A stretch of DNA of 64,000 bases, taken from positions 54,364 through 118,363 of the forward strand of contig JBMNVE010000001.1 of the NCBI GenBank assembly GCA_050946655.1, in the 5' to 3' direction. The position numbers and the translations under genes were made by a program. The notes below the pieces were generated by a model. The model was given only the letters and a program-made list of their open reading frames with translations, had not been told where the DNA came from and searched no databases. The DNA is from Anaerovoracaceae bacterium (GTDB taxonomy: Bacteria > Bacillota > Clostridia > Peptostreptococcales > Anaerovoracaceae). Every line of letters starts with the position of its first letter. Position 1 is the first letter of the stretch. Positions 19,821 through 28,339 of this stretch are shown piece after piece.

Positions 19821-22193
19821 TCATTTTGTCTTTCGTCTTGCCTTTCTTGTCTGTTTTTTCTGTCCTTTCGGGCTGCTGTCTCCCTTTTTTTCCTGTCCGG
19901 AATGGGGCTTTTCCCCAGCTTCCTCGTCCTGTTTCTTGTCCTGAGCGACGGCTTTTTTCTTGCTCAGGGCAATCTGTTTTTCATACTTGGTAGCGCTTCC
20001 TCGCCTGGCAAAATCAAAGTACAGCGGGCTGCACACATAGATGGAGGATAGGCAGCCTGCCGCCACACCGATCATAAGGGGAACGATGAATTCCCTGATG
20101 GCATCTCCTGCCATGATGTACATGGGGACCATAACGATAAGCGTAGTGACGGATGTCATGATAGACCGGGAGAGAGTCTGATTGATGCTTCGATCGATGA
20201 TCTCCTCCGTTCCCCCACGTCGCATAAATTTCAAATTCTCCCTGATCCGGTCAAACACCACGATGGTGTCGTTGATGGAATACCCCACAACGGTAAGTAT
20301 CGCCGCAATAAAGGGGTTGTTCACCGTGATATGGAAAATGGCATAAAACGCCACGACCAAGAGCACATCGTGGAGTGTCCCCAGCAATGCCGCAGCGCCG
20401 AACTTCCATTGTCTGAATCTCAGTCTGATGTAGATCAGCATGCCCGCAGCAGCCAGAAGAACAGCTTTGATAGCGTTTTCCTTCAGTTCCTTCCCTACGG
20501 AAGCCCCAAAATGTTCGCTGGCTAAAACGTCCTTTTCACTGATGCCGAATCGCTCCATAAAACCCTGAGTAATGGCCGTTCTCTGCGGTCCATCCAGGGA
20601 TTCGTTGGTCTTGATGATCACTTCACGGTTTTTCTCTCCCGAATAGACGATTTCTGCCTGATCGGTGTTGATATCGTGAGATTTGAGGACGTCCTTTACC
20701 TCTTCGGCGGATATATGCTTGCCCATGTCCATATGGAGCATCGTCCCCCCGGTAAAATCTATCCCGTAATTAAATCCCCTGATGCCGCCGACCAGTAGTC
20801 CGCTGGCAATGATGAGGATGCTGACGATATAGAAGATCTTTCGATGCCTGATAAAGTGAAACTGTCTCTTGATGCGAAATGTCTGGAGCCCTTCTTTATT
20901 GATGCCGAAATAACTGTTTTTGGCAAAGGTTTTGCTCCCTGCAATAAGGCTCAGGTAAAGCTGCGTCACCACGACTGCCGTAAATATACTGACCACAATA
21001 CCGATCATCAGGGTCCAAGCAAACCCCTTGACCCCGCTGGTTCCCATTTGATACAGAATCACTGCCGCGATCAGGGTGGTTACCTGAGAGTCTATGACAG
21101 TGCTCATAGCCAACTTATACCCGGATCTGGTAGCCACACGGATGCTCTTGCCCCCTGCGATTTCCTCCCTGATCCTGGAAAAGATAACCACATTGGCATC
21201 TACCGCCATACCGACGGACAGGATGATACCTGCGATCCCCGGCAAGGTCAGAACGCTGCCCATCAGCGACATGACGATGATGATAAGGACGATATACAGC
21301 GCCAGGGCCACATTGGCGGCAATCCCCATGATCCGATAACCCACCAACATGATGATGAAGATGAGGATGACACCGATGATGCCGGCATATACGCTATTGG
21401 TGAGAGCGTCTATTCCGATTTTTGCAGTTTGTGAAGAGGATGTAACCTCCTTAAGCTCTACGGGAAGAGATCCTCCTCGGATAAGTGCCGCTAAGTTGGT
21501 TGCACTTTCCTGTGTGAATTGACCGGATATCTCGCACTTGCCGCCGCTGATCACTTTCTGGGCCGTAGGCGCAGAGATGATCTCATTGTCCAGCATGATG
21601 ACAATAGCATTGTCGGCCACTTTTTGTCCGCGGCTGTCTATCATGGTGGAGGGAACTCCACCCCCGGCAGTTATGGCCGTTGCTTTTTCAAATGCCTTGG
21701 CACCTTCTGCATTGAATTCCAGGTTGACCACGTAGCCGCCCCTCTGGGTATCCTGGCCCACCGTGGCCTCCTTCACAGAACCGCCATCCAGAACGAAGGA
21801 CTGGTCAGCCAGGGTGAACTTCAACTGTGCCGTTCTGCCGATCTGCTGGATTGCTTCCTCGGCATCTTCTGCCCCCGGAAGCTCTATCCTTATCCTGTTT
21901 CCACCCTCGATGGCCACATTGGGATTGGACAGGCCCATGGCGTCCACTCGCTTTTCGATCACTGCCTGTGTCCTGTCCATCAGGTCTTTTTTCTCCGCCT
22001 CTGAGAGTTTTTCCGTTTCCTGGGCTTCAAGGACCACATACACACCGCCCTTGATATCCAGGCCCAGCTGTAACTTATCCTTGATCGGGTCCATGACCCC
22101 CGGGATCCCCTTTAAAGTGATGAACCACCCGAAAACGATGACCACCAGAATCAATACTGCAAAAAATTTCTTTAAACTATCGTTCATACTCAC
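19821..22193 (-). CDS. secDF: Protein translocase subunit SecDF (fused)
   Basis: 790 aa. Two six-TM SecD/SecF halves with a periplasmic-type loop. It carries an extra ~55-aa Lys-rich C-terminal tail. Confidence 0.93.
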   Translation of the reverse strand: MSMNDSLKKFFAVLILVVIVFGWFITLKGIPGVMDPIKDKLQLGLDIKGGVYVVLEAQETEKLSEAEKKDLMDRTQAVIEKRVDAMGLSNPNVAIEGGNRIRIELPGAEDAEEAIQQIGRTAQLKFTLADQSFVLDGGSVKEATVGQDTQRGGYVVNLEFNAEGAKAFEKATAITAGGGVPSTMIDSRGQKVADNAIVIMLDNEIISAPTAQKVISGGKCEISGQFTQESATNLAALIRGGSLPVELKEVTSSSQTAKIGIDALTNSVYAGIIGVILIFIIMLVGYRIMGIAANVALALYIVLIIIVMSLMGSVLTLPGIAGIILSVGMAVDANVVIFSRIREEIAGGKSIRVATRSGYKLAMSTVIDSQVTTLIAAVILYQMGTSGVKGFAWTLMIGIVVSIFTAVVVTQLYLSLIAGSKTFAKNSYFGINKEGLQTFRIKRQFHFIRHRKIFYIVSILIIASGLLVGGIRGFNYGIDFTGGTMLHMDMGKHISAEEVKDVLKSHDINTDQAEIVYSGEKNREVIIKTNESLDGPQRTAITQGFMERFGISEKDVLASEHFGASVGKELKENAIKAVLLAAAGMLIYIRLRFRQWKFGAAALLGTLHDVLLVVAFYAIFHITVNNPFIAAILTVVGYSINDTIVVFDRIRENLKFMRRGGTEEIIDRSINQTLSRSIMTSVTTLIVMVPMYIMAGDAIREFIVPLMIGVAAGCLSSIYVCSPLYFDFARRGSATKYEKQIALSKKKAVAQDKKQDEEAGEKPHSGQEKKGDSSPKGQKKQTRKARRKTK

Positions 22194-22228
22194 TCTTTCT
22201 TACTTTTCAAAATTGCATACACTATATT

Positions 22229-22257
22229 ATTGTACCTTTTTTTTTTCACATTAACAA
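22229..22257 (-). promoter_or_regulatory. Candidate sigma-A promoter for secDF
   Basis: The minus strand reads TTGTTA-17 nt-TACAAT, downstream of the yajC terminator and about 35 nt upstream of the secDF ATG. Confidence 0.5.
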
Positions 22258-22287
22258 GGGTTTGTCCTTAAAATTGCAATGATACGT

Positions 22288-22318
22288 AAGAAAAACATCG
22301 AGCCCTTGACTCGATGTT
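22288..22318 (-). terminator. Intrinsic terminator after yajC
   Basis: 9-bp stem AACATCGAG/CTCGATGTT with a 7-nt loop. The minus strand has a U-run after the stem. T-runs occur on both sides, so the form is bidirectional. Confidence 0.75.
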
Positions 22319-22324
22319 TTTGGA

Positions 22325-22756
22325 CTATTTATCATCTGCTCCTGCACCGCTATCGGATCCTTCCGCAGAACCCGTGTCCGCTTCCTTTGGCTCAGGTCTT
22401 TTCATCCTTCTAGGAAGAGATTTCTTTGGGGCCTCTTCGGCTTCTTCAGCATCTTCCGGCTCTTCGCTTCTGCTCACCGGCCTATCTGATGCCACGGTCA
22501 CTTTAGAGATCGCCCATCTCATCACCTCGAACTTCACCTTGTCCGCACCGACCTGAATGACCAGAGACTCTTCCTTGGTCTTTACGATCTTGCCGCAGAT
22601 TCCGCCGATCGTAATGATCTCATCCCCTACTTTCAAGTTGGCTCGCATGGTGTTGACTTCACGCTCTCTTTTTTTCTGCGGTCTGATCAACAGGAAATAC
22701 ATGATCACCACCAAGAGCACCAGGGGTGCAAATGTCATCAGGCTCTTCATATCCAT
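22325..22756 (-). CDS. yajC: Preprotein translocase subunit YajC with an acidic C-terminal extension
   Basis: The first ~90 aa form a YajC core (single TM, LIRPQKKRE, VGDEIITIGGICGKIV). This is followed by ~53 aa of E/D/S/P-rich tail. Confidence 0.88.
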   Translation of the reverse strand: MDMKSLMTFAPLVLLVVIMYFLLIRPQKKREREVNTMRANLKVGDEIITIGGICGKIVKTKEESLVIQVGADKVKFEVMRWAISKVTVASDRPVSRSEEPEDAEEAEEAPKKSLPRRMKRPEPKEADTGSAEGSDSGAGADDK

Positions 22757-22797
22757 AATTTTTATCCTCCTCGGTTATTACCAATTAATTGTCCATC

Positions 22798-22884
22798 TGG
22801 TGCCGGCGATGGGGGTCGAACCCATACGGTGTTACCACCACAGGATTTTGAATCCTGCACGTCTGCCAATTCCATCACGCCGGC
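22798..22884 (-). tRNA. tRNA-Leu (anticodon CAA)
   Basis: Hand-folded from GCCGGCG-TG-..-CAGGA/TTCAAAA/TCCTG-long variable arm-ATGGG/TTCGACC/CCCAT-CGCCGGC-A-CCA. It is a class II tRNA with encoded CCA. Confidence 0.9.
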
Positions 22885-22895
22885 ACAATGCAAGC

Positions 22896-22925
22896 ATTAT
22901 AACATCAAGCGTCATTCACCGTCAA
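22896..22925 (-). promoter_or_regulatory. Sigma-A promoter for tRNA-Leu(CAA), and probably yajC
   Basis: The minus strand reads TTGACG-18 nt-TATAAT. The -35 lies inside the last codons of the RND gene (..ELTVNDA*). The -10 lies just after its stop, about 12 nt before the tRNA 5' end. Confidence 0.65.
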
Positions 22926-25900
22926 CTCCTCTCGGAAAATAAACTTGATATTTTTGCGATGGAAAAGATCATATAATACGGGGATCACAACTAGGGTCAT
23001 TAAGGTTGCATAGAGGAGACCGCCGATACATACGATAGCGATGGGCTGCATCATTTCTGCGCCGTTTCCCAGACCAAAGGCAAGGGGGAGGAGCCCGAGC
23101 ACCGTAGTCAGTGCTGTCATAAACACCGGCCTCATTCTGGTGGCACTGCCGGTGAGAATGGCCTCTTTCTTATCCATCCCTTCTCTCACCAATTGATTGA
23201 CATAGTCGATGAGAACGATGGCGTTGTTGACGATGACCCCCATCAGGACAATGAAGCCGATCATGGACACAACGCTGATTTCAAAGCCTGTGATCAAAAG
23301 TGCCAAAAGGCCTCCCGTAAAGGCCATGGGTACGGTAAACATGACAATGAACGGCGACAAGAGAGATTGGAATTGCGCTACCATGACCAGATAGATCATC
23401 AACATGCCCAGGAGCAGCATCTGAATCAACTGGGTCAAGGCGTCCATGATCTGCTCGCTCTCTCCGTCAAACTCTACCGTGACCCCGGAGGGTAGATCCA
23501 TCTTTTCTACGGTTTTCTCTACCTCTCCCGAGACAATCGTTGTATTGTAGCCCTCCGCTATGGTCCCGTGGACCGATATGCTCCGCTTCTGTTCCTTGTG
23601 TCCGATGGTCATCAACCCGGCATCCTCAGTAATCACTGCAATATCTCCTAGCCGCACTTCCACTCGCTCACCGGTGACTCCATTTTGGGAAACGATTTTC
23701 ATATCCTCCAAGTTTTCCCTGTTGTATGTTTCTGTGAGGCGATTGGAGACTAGCACATCCCTTTCACTTCCCTCATATTCCATGGTGGTGGCCGTACGGT
23801 TCCGGTTCAGGGCAGCTGAAACTTCGCCATAGACTTGGGCCACCGTCAAGCCTGATGTCATAGCCTTATTCTTGTCCACGGTGATTTTCAGTTCAGGGAT
23901 TGTCTCTTCACTGCTGTCAGAAACATCCTTCAGTCCTTTCATGCCCCTTAGTTCCTTTTCGATCTTTGCCGTCCATATACGCAGCTTATCCAAGTCATCG
24001 GAGTAGACGTGGATCGTTATACCCGTTGCTCCCATAGCATTTGAAGCGTCGGTGCTCCCGGATATCTGCATCTCCATGCCGGCAGATTTCCCGATCCTCT
24101 CCATCTCCTTGGCTATTTTTTCACTGTTCTCTGCCTTGGATTTCTTCAATCGCACAAAGATGTCAAGACTGCTCCAGTCCTTTCCTGTAATGTCAAAACC
24201 CATGACGGAGTTGGCATCACTGGAAAGTATGATCCCCACCGTCTCCACACCGTCCATCTTCTCAATAGCCTCCATCAGGGCATCTCCCGACTTGATGGTA
24301 TCTTCCTTGGTGTATCCCTTGGGCATCTTTGCCGTTGCCGTGATTTCAGAAAGAGCCATGGAAGGCATGAAACTGAACCCCTTGACGAGGGTCAGTCCTA
24401 GAGCTCCGCTAAAGAGCACCACCACGATGATCAGCACCAGGGCTCTGTGGCCCAGTGCGAATTCCAATCCCCGCTTATATCCTGCGATGGCTCTGCTCTC
24501 AGGCCCCATGACTGTCTGCCTGTTTGTCTTAGAAAGCAGCGTTCGCCCTAGTGCCGGAACCATGGTCAAGGCAATGAACAGACTGGACAAGAGGGAGTAA
24601 GTTACGGTCAGTGCCATGTCCACAAACAGTTCCCTTGTGACTCCATCCACAAAGACGATGGGAATGAACACGCAGATGGTGGTCAAGGTGGAGGCAGTGA
24701 TGGCACCGCTAACCTGAGATGCTCCCTTAATGGCTGCCTGTATTTTGCTGTATCCGTGGTTTCTCAGCCGATAGATATTCTCAATGACTACGATGGAATT
24801 ATCCACCAGCATACCCACACCTACCGCCAAACCGGACAGGGAAATGACGTTTATCGTCACACCGGTAAAGTACATGAGTGTAAGAGCAAAGGTGACACTG
24901 ATGGGGATGCTCAAGGCGGTGATCAGGGTGGGCCTTATATCTCTCAGAAAGAAGAGCAGGATAAGGATGGCCAGCAAGCCTCCTATGAGAAGATTGTTCA
25001 ATACCGAGTCAATGACGATGTTGATGTGTTCTCCCTGGTCGGAAAGGGTCGTGAAGGTCAAGCCCTTGTGCTGCTTTTCCAGGCTGCGAAACTCCTTTTG
25101 AAGGTTAGCGGACATCTGGGAAGTGGAATAGTCCGACTGTTTCTGAAAGCTGAGCAATACACCGTTTTTTCCGTTGATTTTTCCGTAGGTATCTTCCCCA
25201 TTGTGCATGTAGTTCACCGTGGCCACATCCTTTACTTTGATGGGTTCCATCCCGGGAACATCCAAATCTAAAATCACCAGCTCCTTCAACTCCTCCGGAT
25301 CCTTGATCTCCTCTCCCACGGATACCAGAATGGATTGTCCGTCTTCCGATATGCTTCCCGCAGGCATGGAAAAGTTTTGGGCAGCCAAGATAGCGGATAG
25401 GTTAGAAACTGTAATGATGCTGTCAACATTGGTCGCATCCACGGAAGCCTTGGAAGCCTCGTCCACTTGACTTAAAGAAGATTGAAGCTGTAACCTCATT
25501 CCCCTCAGGTAAGCATCCGTACCCGTCAACTCCGCCATCTGGTTGGATAGTTGAGCAGAAGAAATGGAAGTGGCGATATTGAAATTTTGCAAAGCCAAGT
25601 TCACAGATGTAAAATCCTTATCCAAGCCATCCAGGTCCACTCCCATGGCGGACAGCTCACCGCTGTATGGCCTAAGGTCGCTGATAAGGACGTCTATGTT
25701 GTTCTGTACCTCACCGGCTCCCTGGTCATCACCCAGCTGAAGGAGAGCATCTCTTTGGATGACCAAAAGAGAGAGGTTTTCTAAGGTGGAAACCACCATC
25801 TCCTTCTGGACAGCCATTGCCTCCTGAGCCGTCTGTATCTGTCTTTTCCCCTCTTGGATCTGAGCAGCTCCTTCTTCCGCTTGAGCGATCCCCGAATTCA

Positions 25901-26540
25901 AGGTAGATCTGGCATCCCCGGTCTGAGCTTGAATTTCTCCCTTCACTTCTCGGTTGAGGTTTTCTACCTTTTCAGGATCTAGCTGGACGTGTACAGCGTT
26001 GGTTACCATGCCGGCTGCATTTACACTGGCCACACCATTGACCCCTTCCAGCTTCCTCAGCAAGTCATCTTCCAAGAGAGCGGAAACCTGAGCAGTCGTC
26101 TTCCCTTCCATTCCCACCGCCGCAATGGTCACGGGGATCATGTTGGGATTTAACTTGAAAATGACCGGCTTTTCTATGTCTTCGCCAAAAGACCCGGAAA
26201 CAAGATCGATCTTGTCCCGAATGTCCACAGACACTACGGAGAGGTCTGTATCACTATCAAACTCAAGCATGATCATGGAGTAATTTTCTCCCGACGAGGA
26301 TGTTATGTTGTCCAGACCCTCCAGGGTTGCCATCTGCTGCTCCATGGGTTGGGTCACTTTCTTCTCCACCTCTTCCGGGGTGGCTCCCGGGGCGGCGGTG
26401 ATCACAGCAACATAAGGCAGATCAATGTTGGGATAGAGGTCGGGAACCATTTTATTGAAAGAAACAAAACCGAATACCAATATTAGCACGACGACCACCA
26501 GAACAGTCAACGGCTTTTTGACACTGAATTTGGATACCAT
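22905..26540 (-). CDS. RND superfamily efflux permease (AcrB/AcrD/AcrF family) with a large insertion in the first extracytoplasmic loop
   Basis: 1211 aa. It has 12-TM RND topology with two large loops and typical AcrB strings (KKPLTVLVVVVLILVFG, VDNSIVVIENI, VNNAIVLIDY). Residues ~193-375 are an extra Q/A/L/S-rich helical segment. Confidence 0.88.
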   Translation of the reverse strand: MVSKFSVKKPLTVLVVVVLILVFGFVSFNKMVPDLYPNIDLPYVAVITAAPGATPEEVEKKVTQPMEQQMATLEGLDNITSSSGENYSMIMLEFDSDTDLSVVSVDIRDKIDLVSGSFGEDIEKPVIFKLNPNMIPVTIAAVGMEGKTTAQVSALLEDDLLRKLEGVNGVASVNAAGMVTNAVHVQLDPEKVENLNREVKGEIQAQTGDARSTLNSGIAQAEEGAAQIQEGKRQIQTAQEAMAVQKEMVVSTLENLSLLVIQRDALLQLGDDQGAGEVQNNIDVLISDLRPYSGELSAMGVDLDGLDKDFTSVNLALQNFNIATSISSAQLSNQMAELTGTDAYLRGMRLQLQSSLSQVDEASKASVDATNVDSIITVSNLSAILAAQNFSMPAGSISEDGQSILVSVGEEIKDPEELKELVILDLDVPGMEPIKVKDVATVNYMHNGEDTYGKINGKNGVLLSFQKQSDYSTSQMSANLQKEFRSLEKQHKGLTFTTLSDQGEHINIVIDSVLNNLLIGGLLAILILLFFLRDIRPTLITALSIPISVTFALTLMYFTGVTINVISLSGLAVGVGMLVDNSIVVIENIYRLRNHGYSKIQAAIKGASQVSGAITASTLTTICVFIPIVFVDGVTRELFVDMALTVTYSLLSSLFIALTMVPALGRTLLSKTNRQTVMGPESRAIAGYKRGLEFALGHRALVLIIVVVLFSGALGLTLVKGFSFMPSMALSEITATAKMPKGYTKEDTIKSGDALMEAIEKMDGVETVGIILSSDANSVMGFDITGKDWSSLDIFVRLKKSKAENSEKIAKEMERIGKSAGMEMQISGSTDASNAMGATGITIHVYSDDLDKLRIWTAKIEKELRGMKGLKDVSDSSEETIPELKITVDKNKAMTSGLTVAQVYGEVSAALNRNRTATTMEYEGSERDVLVSNRLTETYNRENLEDMKIVSQNGVTGERVEVRLGDIAVITEDAGLMTIGHKEQKRSISVHGTIAEGYNTTIVSGEVEKTVEKMDLPSGVTVEFDGESEQIMDALTQLIQMLLLGMLMIYLVMVAQFQSLLSPFIVMFTVPMAFTGGLLALLITGFEISVVSMIGFIVLMGVIVNNAIVLIDYVNQLVREGMDKKEAILTGSATRMRPVFMTALTTVLGLLPLAFGLGNGAEMMQPIAIVCIGGLLYATLMTLVVIPVLYDLFHRKNIKFIFREELTVNDA

Positions 26541-26575
26541 GAGTCCTCCTGAACACTCCCTAATGTAGTCCCGCG

Positions 26576-26604
26576 ATTATAACAAAAAACAAGTAAAACT
26601 ACAA
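26576..26604 (-). promoter_or_regulatory. Candidate sigma-A promoter for the RND gene
   Basis: The minus strand reads TTGTAG-17 nt-TATAAT, about 35 nt upstream of ATG 26540. Confidence 0.5.
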
Positions 26605-26614
26605 ATTACGGCAA

Positions 26615-26650
26615 GAAAAAACCATGTCCGGGATCTCTCCTGATACATGG
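26615..26650 (-). terminator. Intrinsic terminator after tRNA-Leu(GAG)
   Basis: The minus-strand RNA has CCAUGU..17-nt loop..ACAUGG followed by UUUUUUCUU. Confidence 0.55.
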
Positions 26651-26656
26651 CCTCTT

Positions 26657-26741
26657 TGGTGCGCCCGACCAGACTTGAACTGGTACGATGTTACTCACAC
26701 GCCCCTCAAACGTGCGCGTCTGCCGATTCCGCCACGGGCGC
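26657..26741 (-). tRNA. tRNA-Leu (anticodon GAG)
   Basis: Hand-folded from GCGCCCG-TG-GCGGAATCGGCAGACGC-G-CACGT/TTGAGGG/GCGTG-variable arm-ACCAG/TTCAAGT/CTGGT-CGGGCGC-A-CCA. Confidence 0.88.
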
Positions 26742-26756
26742 CTATCACATTTAGTT

Positions 26757-26785
26757 ATTATAGCGGTTTTCAACCTGCTTTTCAA
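26757..26785 (-). promoter_or_regulatory. Sigma-A promoter for tRNA-Leu(GAG)
   Basis: The minus strand reads TTGAAA-17 nt-TATAAT, ending about 15 nt before the tRNA 5' end. Confidence 0.7.
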
Positions 26786-26888
26786 TGGGAACTTTTACTT
26801 TTTCTGCAAAATACCCTCTGGCATTGGTTCAATACCTTGTATCGATGCATTTTATCAAGCAATGAGCATTATGGACAGAGATTATCTA

Positions 26889-27758
26889 TCAAGGGATCTT
26901 GGTTTCTAGCTGCTCGGTGATTTGTATGAAGAAATTGGCGCCCCACACTTGGAGGGAATCAAGGTTACGAATGAACGGAATCACATCATCTTTCGCTTGG
27001 TTATAGTCGATGGTTTCGAAACGCCTACTCAGATGAGTTTTAAGATCTGCCAGAGTAAACCTCTCATTCGGACTCAGGTAGCCACTTTGCTGAAGCCGTG
27101 CCCGCAAGTGATCCAAGTTCACTGGTGTGTTCCGCGCTAAGAAGAATACATAATCATAAAGGTCGCGCCCCTTTACTCTGCTCTTCCAGCTCCTGCATAA
27201 AACGGCATGGATTTTTCCAGCAAACAAGGAAGGGGCATCGTACAGCGCAACCTCATAGGGCGATGGAAGTAACCTGTACTGATGCTCAAAGTTTGCATGG
27301 ACTGGTGGGTTTGTGTCCACTTCAAATTTGATTCGTATCTTCTCTCCGGCATGGATACCAGAAAGCGCATGGTCTCCATAAAAGAGCAACAGGTGTTCTT
27401 TCGTGTTGCCCTTGAGGAAAGCGGACTGAACCTGGGATTCAACGCTTTTGACCTTCTCTGTAATGTCCACATGAAGTCCAAAGGCTGCTATCTCCTTTTC
27501 CAGAACAGGAAAATAGGCGCTTAGATCAAAGTCATCCTTCTTTGTTTTCAGCGAGAAGTCTAGGTCTTCGGAGAACCGATCCAAACCATAGAAAATACGC
27601 AGCGCCGTGTCGCCATAGCAGGCTGCTTCCTTGAAGAAGCCTGCTCTGGACAGCCCGCACAAAACCATCTCCTGCATGATTTTTTTCACCACATTCTTTT
27701 TGTCCCATGGTGGCTGTTCGTCATATGCTTTCAGCATTTGTTCAATGATGGTATTCAT
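26889..27758 (-). CDS. abiEii: AbiEii/AbiGii-family nucleotidyltransferase toxin (type IV TA / abortive infection, DUF1814)
   Basis: 289 aa. FKEAACYGDTALRIFYGLDRFSEDLDFS matches the AbiEii NTase motif context (GGTAL..R.S.D.DF). There is a 4-nt overlap with the upstream antitoxin gene. Confidence 0.85.
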   Translation of the reverse strand: MNTIIEQMLKAYDEQPPWDKKNVVKKIMQEMVLCGLSRAGFFKEAACYGDTALRIFYGLDRFSEDLDFSLKTKKDDFDLSAYFPVLEKEIAAFGLHVDITEKVKSVESQVQSAFLKGNTKEHLLLFYGDHALSGIHAGEKIRIKFEVDTNPPVHANFEHQYRLLPSPYEVALYDAPSLFAGKIHAVLCRSWKSRVKGRDLYDYVFFLARNTPVNLDHLRARLQQSGYLSPNERFTLADLKTHLSRRFETIDYNQAKDDVIPFIRNLDSLQVWGANFFIQITEQLETKIP

Positions 27759-28339
27759 ACTGATCTCCTTAGATAGCGAATGAGTAATCTGTGGTTAGTA
27801 GTCTGATAATGCGCCGCATATTGTATCAGCTTTTCGGTATCTAGTTGGCCAAAAGTATCACGGTCAATTCGAAGGTCGCTAAACAACAAGGCTTCAAAAG
27901 CGCTCAGGTTAGCGACAGGCGAAATGGTGTGAAGCTTATCACACAGCGCCTTTTCAGGCTGTGCGATAAGAAAAGAATACCTTCCTTCCTTGACAATTTG
28001 AATCCCAATCGGATATGCAACCTTGGGCACATCCCGGTAGGTGAACAAACCGAATGGCGTCTTGAATTGCTTACGCTTCTTCTTGTCATATGTAGCAGAA
28101 GTGTAAGTATAAACCGCTTCGGGAATCAAATGCCAGTAGGACAAGGCATAATCAAAAGACAGGTAAGAAGGGCCATATATGCTGGCAGCCAGCAAGTGCC
28201 CAGGCATCTTGCTGTCACTCACATACAGTCCCCGCACGACCGGGAAAACGCTCCCTTCTTTAACCATGCGAGCAAGCTTGTTAGCAGGGTAGCGGTAGTC
28301 TTGTAATCCATCCAGGAGCATTGCAGTGGTCTTAATCAT
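27755..28339 (-). CDS. abiEi: AbiEi-family antitoxin / transcriptional repressor
   Basis: 194 aa. It has an N-terminal wHTH-like AbiEi_4-type sequence (LARMVKEGSVFPVVRGLYV) and sits directly upstream of, and overlapping, abiEii. Confidence 0.8.
   Translation of the reverse strand: MIKTTAMLLDGLQDYRYPANKLARMVKEGSVFPVVRGLYVSDSKMPGHLLAASIYGPSYLSFDYALSYWHLIPEAVYTYTSATYDKKKRKQFKTPFGLFTYRDVPKVAYPIGIQIVKEGRYSFLIAQPEKALCDKLHTISPVANLSAFEALLFSDLRIDRDTFGQLDTEKLIQYAAHYQTTNHRLLIRYLRRSV

Noticed and set aside
22798-26741. The idea that the RND gene is a tRNA-targeted genomic island bounded by repeats of a tRNA 3' end
   Set aside because: The two tRNA-Leu genes are different isoacceptors with unrelated acceptor and T arms. 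I saw no direct repeats, no integrase and no obvious compositional shift. I kept only the weaker context observation.
26624-26920. 98-aa and 73-aa plus-strand ORFs
   Set aside because: They run through tRNA-Leu(GAG) and its promoter. The tRNA fold is unambiguous.
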